Notes under the pieces: generated by a model
What the model saw: the letters and a program-made list of their open reading frames with translations, nothing else
Database searches by the model: none
Told to the model about the DNA's origin: nothing
NCBI RefSeq assembly: GCF_009914755.1
Contig: NC_060931.1
Source of the DNA: the human T2T-CHM13v2.0 reference genome, Homo sapiens
Reading direction: 5' to 3' (one strand)
Length of the DNA: 64,000 nt
Part shown: positions 1 through 28,263 of the stretch, one piece after another
Numbering within the stretch: position 1 is the first letter of the stretch
How the letters are laid out: the number at the start of each line of letters is the position of its first letter
Position numbers and translations under genes: made by a program

Positions 1-38
1 ACTATCTCTCTAAGGCAGATATATACAACTAAAAGTAA

Positions 39-456
<418 letters not shown>

Positions 457-916
457 TAGGAATTTAGGCTTTATTCATATGATGCTCAAGATTTATATAT
501 GAATGGAGGGAAGTATTATCAAATTTTACTTCTAATGCAAGGATTTCCTAAAATACTATTCGACTCTGTCCAAAAGAATTATGTCATGCCATCCAAAAGA
601 CAAAGCAAGAAACAGCACCACTGCAAAGTTAACTTCCATATTCGGGTGCTTTAAGTAGAATCACTCACAGATCAGAAGCACAAGAAGTGATAGAGCCCTT
701 CATGTTATATCTTAGGGCAAGAGCTCAACTATTCATAGTTTTCTGAGAAGACAGGCATGCCAGAAAGTCACCTTCCTTATTTTCCAACTTACATGTATAA
801 AAGAGTATGTTCTCTGTAAAATACTATAAACTTTCAGCTGGGCATGGTGGCTTACGCCTGTAATCCCAGCACTATGGGAGGCAGAGGTGGACGGATCACT
901 TGAGGTCAGGAGTTCA

Positions 917-1153
<237 letters not shown>

Positions 1154-1212
1154 CTATAAACTTCTATAAACTTTTCTTAAAAGAGAGAGAAAAAATGCTG
1201 CATTTTTCTAAC

Positions 1213-1269
1213 CTTCCATTGGTAATTCCATTTCTATTACTTCATTGCTTGTGGAAGAAGGGTGGCTTC
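1213..1269 (-). CDS. GTF2IRD2: GTF2IRD2 exon 10 (GSHPSSTSNEVIEMELPME); gene continues beyond window start
   Basis: tctttcAG|GA AGC ... GAA G|GTTAGA; 57 nt, phase 1 to 1; tail of ORF 1208..1534. Confidence 0.9.
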
Positions 1270-1466
1270 CTGAAAGAAAAATAAATAATATATAACAAAG
1301 GAGAAATACAAAAATGTAAAAAGAAATCACTGAATACAATGCAAACAAGTCAATACCCACACAGGAATACACCTGAAATACTTCTACCCCTTGAAATAAA
1401 ACTGGCTGCGCGCGGTAGCTCACGCCTGTAATCTCAGCACTCTGGGAGGTGGAGGCGGGCAGATCA

Positions 1467-2249
<783 letters not shown>

Positions 2250-2430
2250 TGACCAGTCAGTTCAGGAACTGTCAGTCAGGTCTGCCCATGATAAAGTCCC
2301 CATCAGACTTTTATAAAATGGTTTTAATGACCACTGACAATTATTGCCAAGATGCACTGCTTCATTAGGTGGTGCAAAATCATGACAGTCGTGACAATTT
2401 ATGACTTCTTTTTAAAAGCCTTATGGGTCA

Positions 2431-2559
<129 letters not shown>

Positions 2560-3055
2560 TTAGCCAGGCGTGGTGGCACACGCCTGTAATCCCAGCTCCT
2601 TGGGAGGCTGAGGCACAAGAATCATTTGAACCCAGGAGGCAGAGTTTGCAGTAAGTGGAAATAGTGCCACTGAACTCCAGCTTGGGCAACAGAGTGAGAT
2701 TCTGTCTCAAAAAAAAAAAAGAGTATGTGGATTTAGCCCAGGCATGGTGGCTCACGCCTATAATCTCAGCACTTCTGGAGGCCAAGGCTGGAGGACTACT
2801 TAAGCCCAGGAGTTAGAGAACAGCTTGGGCAACAAGGTGAGACCTCATCTCTGTAAAAAAACAAACAAAAGAGTACGTGGATTTAGGCTAAATAGAATCT
2901 ATTTTATAACTGTAGGATTATTTACTCTAAATGGCAGCATGCTAGATCCTAGGTAAACACACATGGGTGCTCGCCAGTTTTTCAGACAGGTAGTAATTAA
3001 AATCTTCCATCCCAAATAACTTTTGGGGAAGAAAATTATTATCAAACAGTATTAC

Positions 3056-3133
3056 CTTGCATATTATATTGATAGTAATTAGGATCTTCTGATTCTTTCT
3101 TGACTGAGACAGCTTCTGCTTTCAGTGAAATGC
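3056..3133 (-). CDS. GTF2IRD2: GTF2IRD2 exon 9 (ISLKAEAVSVKKESEDPNYYQYNMQ)
   Basis: ttccAAG|GC ATT ... CAA G|GTAATA; 78 nt, phase 1 to 1; resembles TFII-I ESEDPDYYQY. Confidence 0.92.
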
Positions 3134-3511
3134 CTTGGAATGTAATGGAAATGATAAAATTGTATGTTAGGTTAAGTTTGCCAACAAAGAAATACGACTA
3201 GCTAATATAAGTTGATTAATACAGCAATGTTACAATCAGCAAAAGAACTTGTAGCTCACTCACTATGAACAAATTTGACCTCTTGATACAAAAATAGAAA
3301 TACTATAAATTAAAATAATATACATATAGAAAACATACATTTGTGTATTTATGTATGTTTATATAAAAATAATATCAATTGTAAAATCAATAGAAAAGGA
3401 AAGAAGGAAGGAGGGGACCGGGCACGGTGACTCACGCCTCCAATACCAGTACTTTGGGAGGCTGAGGCGGGCAGATCACTTGAGGTCAGGAGTTTGAGAC
3501 CAACCTGGCTA

Positions 3512-3805
<294 letters not shown>

Positions 3806-3818
3806 TCAGGGTGGCTGA

Positions 3819-4037
<219 letters not shown>

Positions 4038-4274
4038 TAATTTTTGTATTTTCAGTAAAGACGGGGTTTCACCATGTAGGCCGGGCCGGTCTCAAACTCC
4101 TGACCTCAGGTGATCCACCCACCCACCTTGGTCTCTCAAAGTGCTGGGATTACAGGCATAAGCCACCGTGCCCGGCTAGGCACTTATAATCTTAACTTAC
4201 TCACTATAATGGAATGGATTTCAAAACCTGGAGAAGCTATATCAGTACAACCTAATGCCTTTATCAGAGAAGGG

Positions 4275-5307
<1,033 letters not shown>

Positions 5308-5958
5308 CTAAAATGTACATGTAATTTAACCATGAATGTTTGTAATAGCAAAACAAAAAAACTGTGGCATAGCTTGGGGTTCATTGTTTAACATAATTTA
5401 TAAGTTCTGAGGGGTCGTCTGAAAACCTTTAACAGCTCTGTTGGTATAAGGACAGTGAAGCTAAACATTTAAAAATCTGATTTTCAGCTGGGGACAGTGG
5501 CTCAGACCTGTAATCCCAGCACTTTGGGAGGCTAAGGTAGGCAGATCATTTAAGGTCAGGAGTTCGAGACTAGCCTGAACAACAGGGTGAAAACCCGTCT
5601 CTATTAAAAATACAAAAACCAGCCAGGTGTGGTGGTGGGCACCTGTAATCCCAGCTACTCGGAAGGCTGAAGCAGGAGAATCGCTTGAACCCGGGGGGGC
5701 GGAAGTTGCAGTGAGCTGAGATCACACCACTGTACTCCAGTCTGGGCGACAGCGAGACTCTGTCTCAAGAAAAGAAAAAAAAATTGGCCTGGTGCGGTGG
5801 CTCATGTCTGTAATCCTAGCACTTTGGGAGGCCGAGGAGGGTGGATTACCTGAGTTCAGGAGTTTGAGACCAGCCTGGGCAACACGGTGAAACCCTGTCT
5901 CTACTAAAATACAAAAAAATTAGCCAGGTGTGACGGCGTGCACCTATGATTCCAGCTA

Positions 5959-6226
<268 letters not shown>

Positions 6227-6340
6227 CTACACACATATCACAAGAAATAAGGACCAATTGAGGACCAGCTCTCAGGAGCCTGCTGGCAGCTGGTAGCAAT
6301 CCATATCGCTTTATAAAGTCTACAGTAGGAAGTTTTGTGA

Positions 6341-6896
<556 letters not shown>

Positions 6897-7386
6897 TGAA
6901 AACATCCAAGGCTAATATTGAGTGGGCAAGAGTTTGAGGCCTGTCACGTCAGAAACGAGACCAAGATTCCACAGCTGACCTGTGCTCACAGCTGAATTGT
7001 GCTGAGCTGAAATACTGCGCCCGTTTCTTTCCATTCAACTTGTCTTGGTTTGACCTAGAACCACACTGCACAGGAGAAGCACCATTTTTTGTTCAGACTC
7101 TCATCTGAAGCTGGAGCTTCTGCTAAGCACTTGTTTGCATGGGAGTGGAAGGGGACATGTGCACCCACAGTTGTGGCGAAAAGATCCTTGGGTGTGACAA
7201 AGGAGGAGGCGGGCCAAGGAGACCCATCCACTGTGTCCCTGGACCCTCCCAAGGAATCCCAGGAACTGCGAAGCATAAACCACATCTTCACTGTCTTAGA
7301 GACGCTGCTGTCCTTCCTTCATTTTACTCATGCTAAAGGCTCTATTTTTCTTTTCTCTAGAACTTTCTTTCTTTCCTTTTTTCTGA

Positions 7387-7524
<138 letters not shown>

Positions 7525-7722
7525 TAATTTTTGTATTTTTAGTAAAGACAGGGTTTCACCATGTTGGCTAGACTGGTCTCAAACTCCTGACCTCAGGTGA
7601 TCTGCCTGCCTCCGCTTCCCAAAGTGCTGGGATTACAGGCGTGAGCCACTAGACCCAGCCAGGTCTTTGTTTCTTAACACAGAATATTGTTTTTCTTTTG
7701 GATTATGATTATTATTCTTTGA

Positions 7723-7881
<159 letters not shown>

Positions 7882-8235
7882 TAAATATTTTTTGTAGAGA
7901 CAGGGTCTCGCTTTGTTGCCCAGGCTGGTCTCAAATTCCTGGACTCAGGCGATCCTCCTGCTTCAGCCTCCCAAAGTGCTGAGATTACAGGCGTGAACCT
8001 TTCAACTTTTAATGCTTTCAGTATTTTCCCATCCCTTGATTGAACATTTGGGTTTTAAATTATTTTTGTTGTTGTTGTTTCTTTTTGAGACAGAGTCTTG
8101 CTCTGTCACCCAGGCTAGAATGCAGGGGTGTGATCTCGGCTCACTGCAACCTCTGCCTCCTGCGTTCAAGCGATTCTTGTGCCTCAGCCTCCTGAGTAGC
8201 TGGGATTACAGGCGCCTGCCATGATGCCCAACTAA

Positions 8236-8385
<150 letters not shown>

Positions 8386-8745
8386 TAATCTTAACCTGTT
8401 AACATTTTTCCTCTAATTAATGCTGGTTTTCTTTTATTGAGGAGTGAGGAGAAGCAAGAATGGGGTCAACCCCATTGAAGAGGGATTTTTTTTCCAGTAT
8501 ACACTGTCATAGTAATGTACCTATATTGTAAAACATTTAGAAATGACAGAAAAGTCCAAAAAAGCAGTAGTATATGTCCAAAAATGAAAACACTGCTCTA
8601 TTTGTGAGTCAAGTAATAATTCCAAATTTATATTCAAAATGTTTTACTCATTTCAAATTCAGGTTCTCATTCAACTATAAATAAAATAATATTCTGTCCA
8701 AAAGTATGTGTATTTAATAACATCTTAGTCCCTATTATGTACTGA

Positions 8746-8904
<159 letters not shown>

Positions 8905-9165
8905 TAGGATCACAGGCATGCACCACCATTTTTTATATGTTTTGCAGAGATGAAGTCTCGCCATGTTGCCCAGGCTGGTCTTGAACTCCAGGGTTCAAGC
9001 AATTTGCCTGCCTCGGCCTCCCAAGGTGTTGGAGTTACAGTCGTGAGCCCGCACACCCTGCCAAGGCTTGTTTTCTAGATATTTGAGTAAAATAATGGTT
9101 CTGCAAATGAGGCTCCACTGAGGTTAATTCACGCCCTGGTCTTTATTTATTTATTTATTTGATAA

Positions 9166-10068
<903 letters not shown>

Positions 10069-10281
10069 TAATAAGTTGTTCCCAAATTAAACGTGTCTAC
10101 CGAAAGTAGTCTTCTAATTCCAAAGGTCCTTTTGGACAAAGAATAGGATAGAAAATAAGGAAGGGAAGAAGCACATTAACCCTTTACACTCCACTTAAAT
10201 GCTGTAAGGAGGCCTTTCTGTCATCCAAAAACGAACGCTGTGCATAGTTGTGGATTTTGGTTGCTGTGATTTATCTTTTAC

Positions 10282-10336
10282 CTTTCACTTGGTGATACTA
10301 TGGATCTCTCCGCATCTGTTACCATCCCAGGGCCAC
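10282..10336 (-). CDS. GTF2IRD2: GTF2IRD2 exon 7 (GGPGMVTDAERSIVSPSE-S)
   Basis: ctacAG|GT GGC ... GAA AG|GTAAAA; 55 nt, phase 1 to 2. Confidence 0.9.
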
Positions 10337-10739
10337 CTGTAGAGGAATGAAAAAACACACACCAGCCCCTTTTAGCACCTCGGAAAATGACTAACATCCA
10401 AAGGCATAGAAATTGACAGCAAATACACAGAAAACGGAACTCCCAGATCGAAGCCAACGTGGAAAAGTCATCGAGAGAGAAACTGACTCAAAGCAGCCGC
10501 TGTGTTCCGGGGCCATTTGTGTGGGCAGGATGGGGGTTACCGAGGAGTGTTTTGGGGCCAGAGCACGGTCGTGCGGCTGAGCCTCAGCTCACCAGCTGGG
10601 CTGCCTCCAGCAACTCACTAAACCTCCCTCTGCCTCCGCTTCCTCGTGAACACGGTGGTTGTGGGAGGATTCATGAATATACGCAAAATGACTAGAACAG
10701 TGCCTGCATGTTGTAAGCACTAAGTTAGAGCTGCTATGA

Positions 10740-11585
<846 letters not shown>

Positions 11586-11886
11586 TATTATTGTTTTTCT
11601 ATGATGATGATACAAGTCAGTTGGGACAACAATCCATGGCCACCTGCCACCCTGCCCCTCTCATTTGTCCTTTAATGTGAGTTAGAGGATGACAGGAACT
11701 CACCATCCCTCCCGAAACAGACTTTCCACTGTGTTTAGTCCCCGGCTAAGAAGAACTGAAGCATGTCATACACCCAGCAGGTGCCTTGTGAACTGTGCCA
11801 CCCCCCACCCCTGCCGTCTCCTTACTCCACTTAGGCAGTCTCAGCAAGACATCTTCTTTTATTCTTCTTTATTTATTTATTTTTGA

Positions 11887-11994
<108 letters not shown>

Positions 11995-12333
11995 TAACTG
12001 GGATTACACGCACCCGCCACCATGCCTGGCTAACTTTGGTATTTTTAGTAGGGATGGGGTTTCACCATGTTGACTAGGCTGGTCTCGAACTCCTGACCTC
12101 AAGTGATCTGCCCACCTCTGCCTCCCAAAGTGCTGGGATTACAGGTGTGAGCCACTGCGTCCGGCCAATTTTTTTTTTTTAATAGCTACAAATGTATTTT
12201 TCTTTTTTTAAAAAATATTCTTTATTTCTTCTAAAAAAAAAAAGGGGGGGATACATCTGCAGAATGTGCAGGTTTGTTTCCTAGGCACATGTGTGCCACA
12301 ATGGCTTGCTGCACCTATTGGCCCATCCTCTAA

Positions 12334-12567
<234 letters not shown>

Positions 12568-12739
12568 TAGCCAGGATGGTCGCGATCTCCTGACCTTTGT
12601 GATCCACCTGCCTCAGCCTCCCAAAGTGCTGGGATTACAGGTGTGAGCCATCACGCCCGGCCCCCAATTCAAGTTTTAATGAAGAAGAAGTGGTTCAGCA
12701 GCTCAGAAGAGCCACCAAACCTGAGAAGCTGTCACTTAC

Positions 12740-12768
12740 CCAGCTGACTCTCTGGTCCTAGGAAGGGT
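12740..12768 (-). CDS. GTF2IRD2: GTF2IRD2 exon 6, 29-nt microexon (R-PFLGPESQL-G)
   Basis: cttgcAG|A CCC TTC ... CTG G|GTAAGT; completes the I-repeat RPF motif; phases fit both neighbours. Confidence 0.92.
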
Positions 12769-12935
12769 CTGCAAGAAAAGCAACACCATTACCCAGCACG
12801 GACCAATGAAAAAAGCATGACACATCTGAACAGTCAGCTCTGAAACGCAGCAGGCGGGATGCACGAGTGAATTAAAATTAGGCTATTGGTTTCATCTTTA
12901 AATGAACTGAAGGGGCGGGGGTGCAGAGTGTGTCA

Positions 12936-13489
<554 letters not shown>

Positions 13490-13600
13490 TAGTTTTTTTT
13501 GTTTTTGTTTTTGTTTTTAATTAAGAGACAGGGTCTCGACTGGGCTCACTGCAACCTCTGCCTCCTGGGTTCAAGCAATTCTCCTGCCTCTGCCTCCTGA

Positions 13601-13771
<171 letters not shown>

Positions 13772-13803
13772 TAGCTTTTTAAAACACTGCAAAGGATTTT
13801 TGA

Positions 13804-13989
<186 letters not shown>

Positions 13990-14180
13990 TAGGTGGAGTG
14001 ACAACTGAGGGGTGAGGGAGGTGACTGAGCCAACATTGACTGTCTTTAGCAATACACTGGCCTTGATGCAGGGCTCTCTAAAATGGGATCAAGGAAGAAA
14101 GAGTGATCAATACAGAAGTTTCCACAGAGCAGAAGATCCAAGATCCACATCATCTTCTATAAGAACACTTAATCTGGTAA

Positions 14181-14285
<105 letters not shown>

Positions 14286-14948
14286 TAACACAATGAAACC
14301 CCGTCTCTACCAAAAAATACAAAAAAAGTTAGCCGGGCACGGTGGCGGGTGCCTGTAGTCCCAGCTACTCAGGAGACTGAGGCAGGAAAATGGCAGGAAC
14401 CCGAGAGGCGGAGCTTGCAGTGAGCCGAGATTGAGCCACTGCACTCCAGCCCGGGCAACAGAGCGAGACTCTGCCTCAAAAAAAAAAAAAGAACTGGTGG
14501 CCAGGCACGGCGGCTCACACCTGTAATCTCAGCATTTTGGGAGGCCGAGGCAGGAGGATCACCTGAGGTCAGGAGTTCGAGACCAACCTGGCCAACATGG
14601 CAAAACCCCATCTCTACTAAACATACAAAAATTAGCTGGGCAAGGTGGTGGGCACCTGTAATCCCAGCTACTTAGGAGGCTGGGGTGGGAGAATCGCTTG
14701 AACCCAGGAGGCAGAGTTTACAGTGAGCTGAGATTGTGCCAATGCACTTCAGCCTGGGTGTCAGAGCAAGACTCCTCTCAGAAAAAAAAAAAAAAAAGAA
14801 CTAGCTCCTCGCTTGATAAGCATATGGGTTTTGAAATGTTCAAACATTCTAAGTAGTCATGGCAATAAGACTGTCTGTGACACTGTCCTACTCCTGGGTG
14901 AACCACTTAGAGAATTCATGCTTGGCTGGGCGCGGTGGTTCACGCCTA

Positions 14949-15364
<416 letters not shown>

Positions 15365-16054
15365 CTGCAAATGGATGATTGGCATTAGGTCAGTTTCTAA
15401 GCATTTGTGCTGTACACTTCCGTACTTTGTTTCTGGTATTGAAAGAAAAAAGGGGAAAAAAGTGAATAAATATAAAACAAGATCTTTTAAAGAAAAACAA
15501 GAAAAAATTGTATTTATGATAAACAGGTTAATGAACTATAAAAAAATCAACATATAAAGAAATAGTAGTAGTTTAAGGAAATTATTATTTTTAGAGACAG
15601 GGTTTCACTCTGCTGCCCAGGCTGGAGTGCAGTGGGATGATCGAAGTTCCCGGCAGCCTCAAATTTCTGGGCTTAAGCGGTCCTCCCACCTCAGCCTCCA
15701 GGAGTGCCCCATCACACCTGGCTAACTTTTAAATTTTTTTTAGAGATGGGATCTCACTATGTTGCCCAGGCTGGCCTCTAACTCCTGGCCTCAAGTGATC
15801 CTCCCATCTTAGCCTCCCAAAGTGTTGGGATTACAGGTGTGAGGCACTGCACCCATCCAGAAATTATCTTTATAACAGAAATTTGATTTGCTATACAGTT
15901 GAAACGTGGCAATAATTGTATAGGAAGACTATACCCCTGAACCCATTCAAGACCAGCCCCAGAATCAATTGCTCCTCCAAAAGTTTTAAAACTGATTGTT
16001 TTCATCAGTCTAGTCAGAAGAGAGAAACCACATAGTAATTTGAACACAGAAAGG

Positions 16055-17607
<1,553 letters not shown>

Positions 17608-17974
17608 GTGAAGTTTCCTAGAAGAGTCGTCAACTGGTAACATGGGATTAGCTGCTAGAGGGACTGAGGACTCTAAAGAGAACATAAGCAGCAAATTGCA
17701 AGAGCATCTGTGACTGCTGGGCTAAGGCAGGGGACCCAGGAGGGAGCAAATCCAGGAATGGGGTGGCTCCCCAGGGCCGAGATCCAGACCTCATTAAACA
17801 GGATTTGGTCACGGCCCACTGGATAGTGGGGAAGCCTGTGGGGGTGTCCATGTGGTGGCTGGCAAGCAGGGGCCTGCTTTCTGGGGGTGCTGGTGGAAAT
17901 CACTAGACAGTTACCCTGTGGGTGCCTGCAACACTTTCTGGGCGTTATAAGGAAGATGGCCTCTAGTGTGCTAG

Positions 17975-18306
<332 letters not shown>

Positions 18307-18419
18307 TAGTAGAGACGGGGTTTTCCCATGTTGACCAGGCTGGTCTCGAACTCCCAACCTCAAGTGATCTGCCCGCCTTGGCCTCCCAAAATGCTGGGAT
18401 TACAGGCGTGCCTGGCCCC

Positions 18420-21205
<2,786 letters not shown>

Positions 21206-21504
21206 AAAGATTATCACACCAATTTCAGAACAGTTTCATTACAAGATGAATACTAGAGAAAATATTTGCGACAACAAAATTAACATGCAACTATGAATCT
21301 TAAAAAAATCTACAAGTAAATTTCAGTGATTAGAAATTCAACTGGCATCTGACATTAATGAATTGAGAATACCCTTCTTGTGTATCAATTACATACTGTA
21401 TTATTTAAAGATGGCTTCATTTTTTAATCTGTCTTTTTGATAGTGGAGACCTTAATTTGGGATCTCGGAAGTAAATTTGAATCAATCTATCACTCAATTC
21501 TCCC

Positions 21505-21812
21505 CTCTCTCATCTCTCTCTCTCTCTCTCTATCCATTCATCTAATCTATCTATATACATATATATATATAATTCCTGTCTCCCTTATCTATCCATCCAT
21601 CTAAGCTATCTACATACATATATATATATAATTCCTCTCTCTTATCTATCATCTATCCATTTATCTAATCTGTCTATATACATATGTATATAATTCCTCT
21701 CTCTTATTTATCTATCTACCTATCTATCTAATCTACTTATACACACACAGACACACACACACACACACACTTTATATACCCTCTGCCAATCCATAGAGAC
21801 CCCTCTCTCTGT

Positions 21813-21856
<44 letters not shown>

Positions 21857-21870
21857 ATACCCTCTGACGA
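21505..21870 (+). repeat. Compound (CT)/(TATC)/(TA)/(CA) low-complexity repeat
   Basis: Directly visible; includes a ~60-nt unit repeated three times and two CA tracts. Confidence 0.9.
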
Positions 21871-22119
21871 ACCTTTCTGATTTTTATCCTTTCATGGTTA
21901 CAAGGAATATTAAATTGCTGTATCAATACTTGGTAAATAACCTACAGTGTTAGAGATTACCACCATAAAAGGTGTAGTTTTTTGTCTGGTTTTGTTTTGT
22001 CTTGAGACCGGGTCTCGCTCTATGGTCCAGACTGGAGTGCAGTGGTGTGATCACGGCTCACTGCAGCCTTGACCTCCCGGGCTCAAGAGATCCTCTCACC
22101 TGAGCCTCCTGAGTAGCTA

Positions 22120-22813
<694 letters not shown>

Positions 22814-23026
22814 CTAAAGAGTATTTTGTAAAATGGTGTTTATTTTAGGAATTAAAGATAATTTGTTCTATGTCCTTGAAATTTATTCTAATAAACCAGA
22901 GTACCGCTGAGGACCTAGTATAAAATAAAATGACCATTTGTCTTGGACTCTGCAGTGTTAAGCAGTGTTTATTTGGTAAGCTGAATCCAAGAAGATGTGT
23001 TAGGATCGTTTCTAGGAGAATGCTTA

Positions 23027-23281
<255 letters not shown>

Positions 23282-23342
23282 CTACAAGGGCAGATCCAAG
23301 TTTGTGGGGCCTGGGAGGCCTGATTTAAGAATACAAAATTAG

Positions 23343-23594
<252 letters not shown>

Positions 23595-24518
23595 TAGCCA
23601 GGATGGTCTCGATCTCCTGACCTTGTGATCCGCCCACCTTGGCCTCCCAAAGTGCTGGGATTACAGGTGTGAGCCACTGCGCCCGGCCAGGAATATTTAT
23701 TTAGAATGAGAAAAATCACTGAGAAAGGAAATCAAAAGAAATTTATCAAGCAAACACCATAAACATCATAAAACCCAAAGAACATATTTTTATTGACTGC
23801 CTGACATGGATCTTCCAATATGCCTTTTCCCTACATTTTTGGCTGCAGACTTTCTGGTTACCTCTTCATATATACCTTTTTTTTTGAGATGGAGTCTTGC
23901 TCTGTCACCCAGACTGGAGGGCAGTGGTGCGATTTCGCCTCATTACAACCTCCGCCTCAGCCTCCCATGTTAGCTGGGATTAAAGGTGCCTGCCACCACA
24001 CCCAGCTAATATATTTGTATTTTTAGTAAAGACGGGGTTTCACCAAGTTGACCAGGCTGGTTTCAACTCCTGACCTCAGGTGATCCACCCTCCTCGGCCT
24101 CCCAAAGTGCTGGGATTACAGGCGTTGAGTCCCCATGCCCAGCCGAATTTGTTTATTGTTTATCTCCCGAGTAGGATATAAGATCTCTGTAAGGCGGACC
24201 TTCTCAGGTCTTGTGACTCCAGTTCCTAGAAGAGGGCCTTGGCTTAGGAAGTGCTTCATGGATATTTGTCAAATGAAAGGAATGTGATCAGTTCTTAAAC
24301 AATGTCCCTGGGGAAGATATTTCGAGTTTTCTTCAAACAGATCCTAATGCTTTATTATTATTATTATTTGAGAGAGGGTCTTGTTCTGTTACCCAGGCTG
24401 AAGTACAGTGGTGCAATCCTAGCTCACTGCAGCCTTGATCTCCTAGGCTGGAGCAATCCTCTTGCCTCAGCTTCTCTAGTAGCTGGGACTATAGGCATGT
24501 GTCACCACGCCTGGCTAA

Positions 24519-24743
<225 letters not shown>

Positions 24744-25510
24744 TAGCCAGGCTGGTCTCGAACTCCTGACCTTGTGATCTGCCTGCCTCGGCCTCCCAAA
24801 CTCCCAAAGTGCTGGGATTACAGGTGTGAGCCACCGCGCCCGGCCTAAAAATTGTTTTTAGTAGACAGAAGGTCTTGCTATGTTACCCAGGCTGGTCTCA
24901 AAACTCCTGAGCTCAAGTGATCCTCTGGCCTTGGCCTCATGAAGTGGTGGGATTACGGGCGTGAGCCACCCTGCCTACCCCTAATGCTTTCTTCTAAAAT
25001 TAATTCCAACTTATTTTTTTTTTTTTTTAAGAGTCAGGGTCTTGTGCTGTGCAGGCTGGAGTGCAGTGTCATGATAGCTCATGATAGCTTACTGCAGACT
25101 TGAACTCCTGGGCTCAAGCAATCTTTCCATCTCAGCACCCCAACTAGCTGGAACTATAGCACCATCCCCTCCAGCTAATTTTTTAAAAATAGTCTTGTAG
25201 AGACAAGGTCTCACTATGCTGCCCAGGCTGGTCTCCAACTCCTGGCCTCAAGCCATCCTCCCACCTCGACTCCCAAACCGCTGGGATTACAGTCTGACTA
25301 TGCTAATTTTGATCACTTGAATGAGGTGGTGTCTGTCAGGTTTCTGCACTGTAAAGTTACTGATTTTCCATTTTTAATCAATAAATATCTTCTGATCAGG
25401 TACTTTGGAGTTATGTAAATTTCTCATCAAATTTTCACCCACCAGGTAAAGTTTATCTTTTGGATGTAAATAGATATATATAAATAGGCTGTTTACTTTT
25501 TTTTTCTTGA

Positions 25511-25618
<108 letters not shown>

Positions 25619-26027
25619 TAGCTGGGAATACAGATGCCCGCCACCACGTCCAGCTAATGTTTCTATTTTTAGTAGAAATGGGGTTTCACCATGTTGGCCA
25701 GGCTGGTCTCCAACTCCTGACCTCAAGTCATCCACACACCTTGGCCTCCCAAAGTGCTGGGATTACAGGCGTGAGCCACTGCACCTGGCCTATTTACTTT
25801 TGAAATTAGATTTTTAAAATATTCTCAAACATGGTAACAAAGGTTACCATTCATTACATTTCAGATCTGGGAAGCTTAAGTTTATATAATTGCATCCATA
25901 ATGTAATATACAAATACATAAATAATCTGACAAGCCCATTACCCTCTATAAAGGATACCCTTATATAGATGTCAGGCAGCAGGCAAACATCAAAAGTGAT
26001 ACTGAAGCAGCCAGACACGGTGGCTCA

Positions 26028-26746
<719 letters not shown>

Positions 26747-27180
26747 TTAGAGATGTGAGGGTGCTCACCAAAGATCTAGTTCAAACTTTCCTCTTGAGAT
26801 GAAGAAACTGAAATTTAAAGGCATTTAGTGACTTGCCCATGAGCTCCTGAATAGTAATGCTAACTTATTTTATTTTATTTTGTTTTATTTTGAGACAGGA
26901 TCTTGCTCTGTCACCCAGGCTGGAGTGCAGTGGCGCAATCACAGCTTACTGTAACCTCTGCCCCCTGGATTCAATCAGTCCTCCCATCTCAGCCTCCCCA
27001 GCAGCTGGGACTACAGGTGAGCGCCATCACGCCTGGCTGATTTTTGTATTTTTTGTAAAGACGGGGTTTTGCCATGTTACCTAGGCTGGTCTCAAACTCC
27101 TGAGCTCAAGCAATCTGCCTTCCTTGGCCTCCCAGAGTGCTGGGATTATAGGTGTGAGCCACCACACCCAACCCTGCTAA

Positions 27181-27420
<240 letters not shown>

Positions 27421-27584
27421 TGAGGCGATCCGTCCGCCTTGGCCTCCCAAAGTGCTGGGATTACAGGCGTAAGCCACCGTGCCCAGTCAACTTTCTTTTT
27501 TAAAAACTATTTATTTATTTAGACACAGGGTCTTGCTCTGTCACTCAGGCTGGAGTGCAGTGGGGCAATCTCAACTCACTGTAG

Positions 27585-28001
<417 letters not shown>

Positions 28002-28004
28002 TGA

Positions 28005-28263
<259 letters not shown>

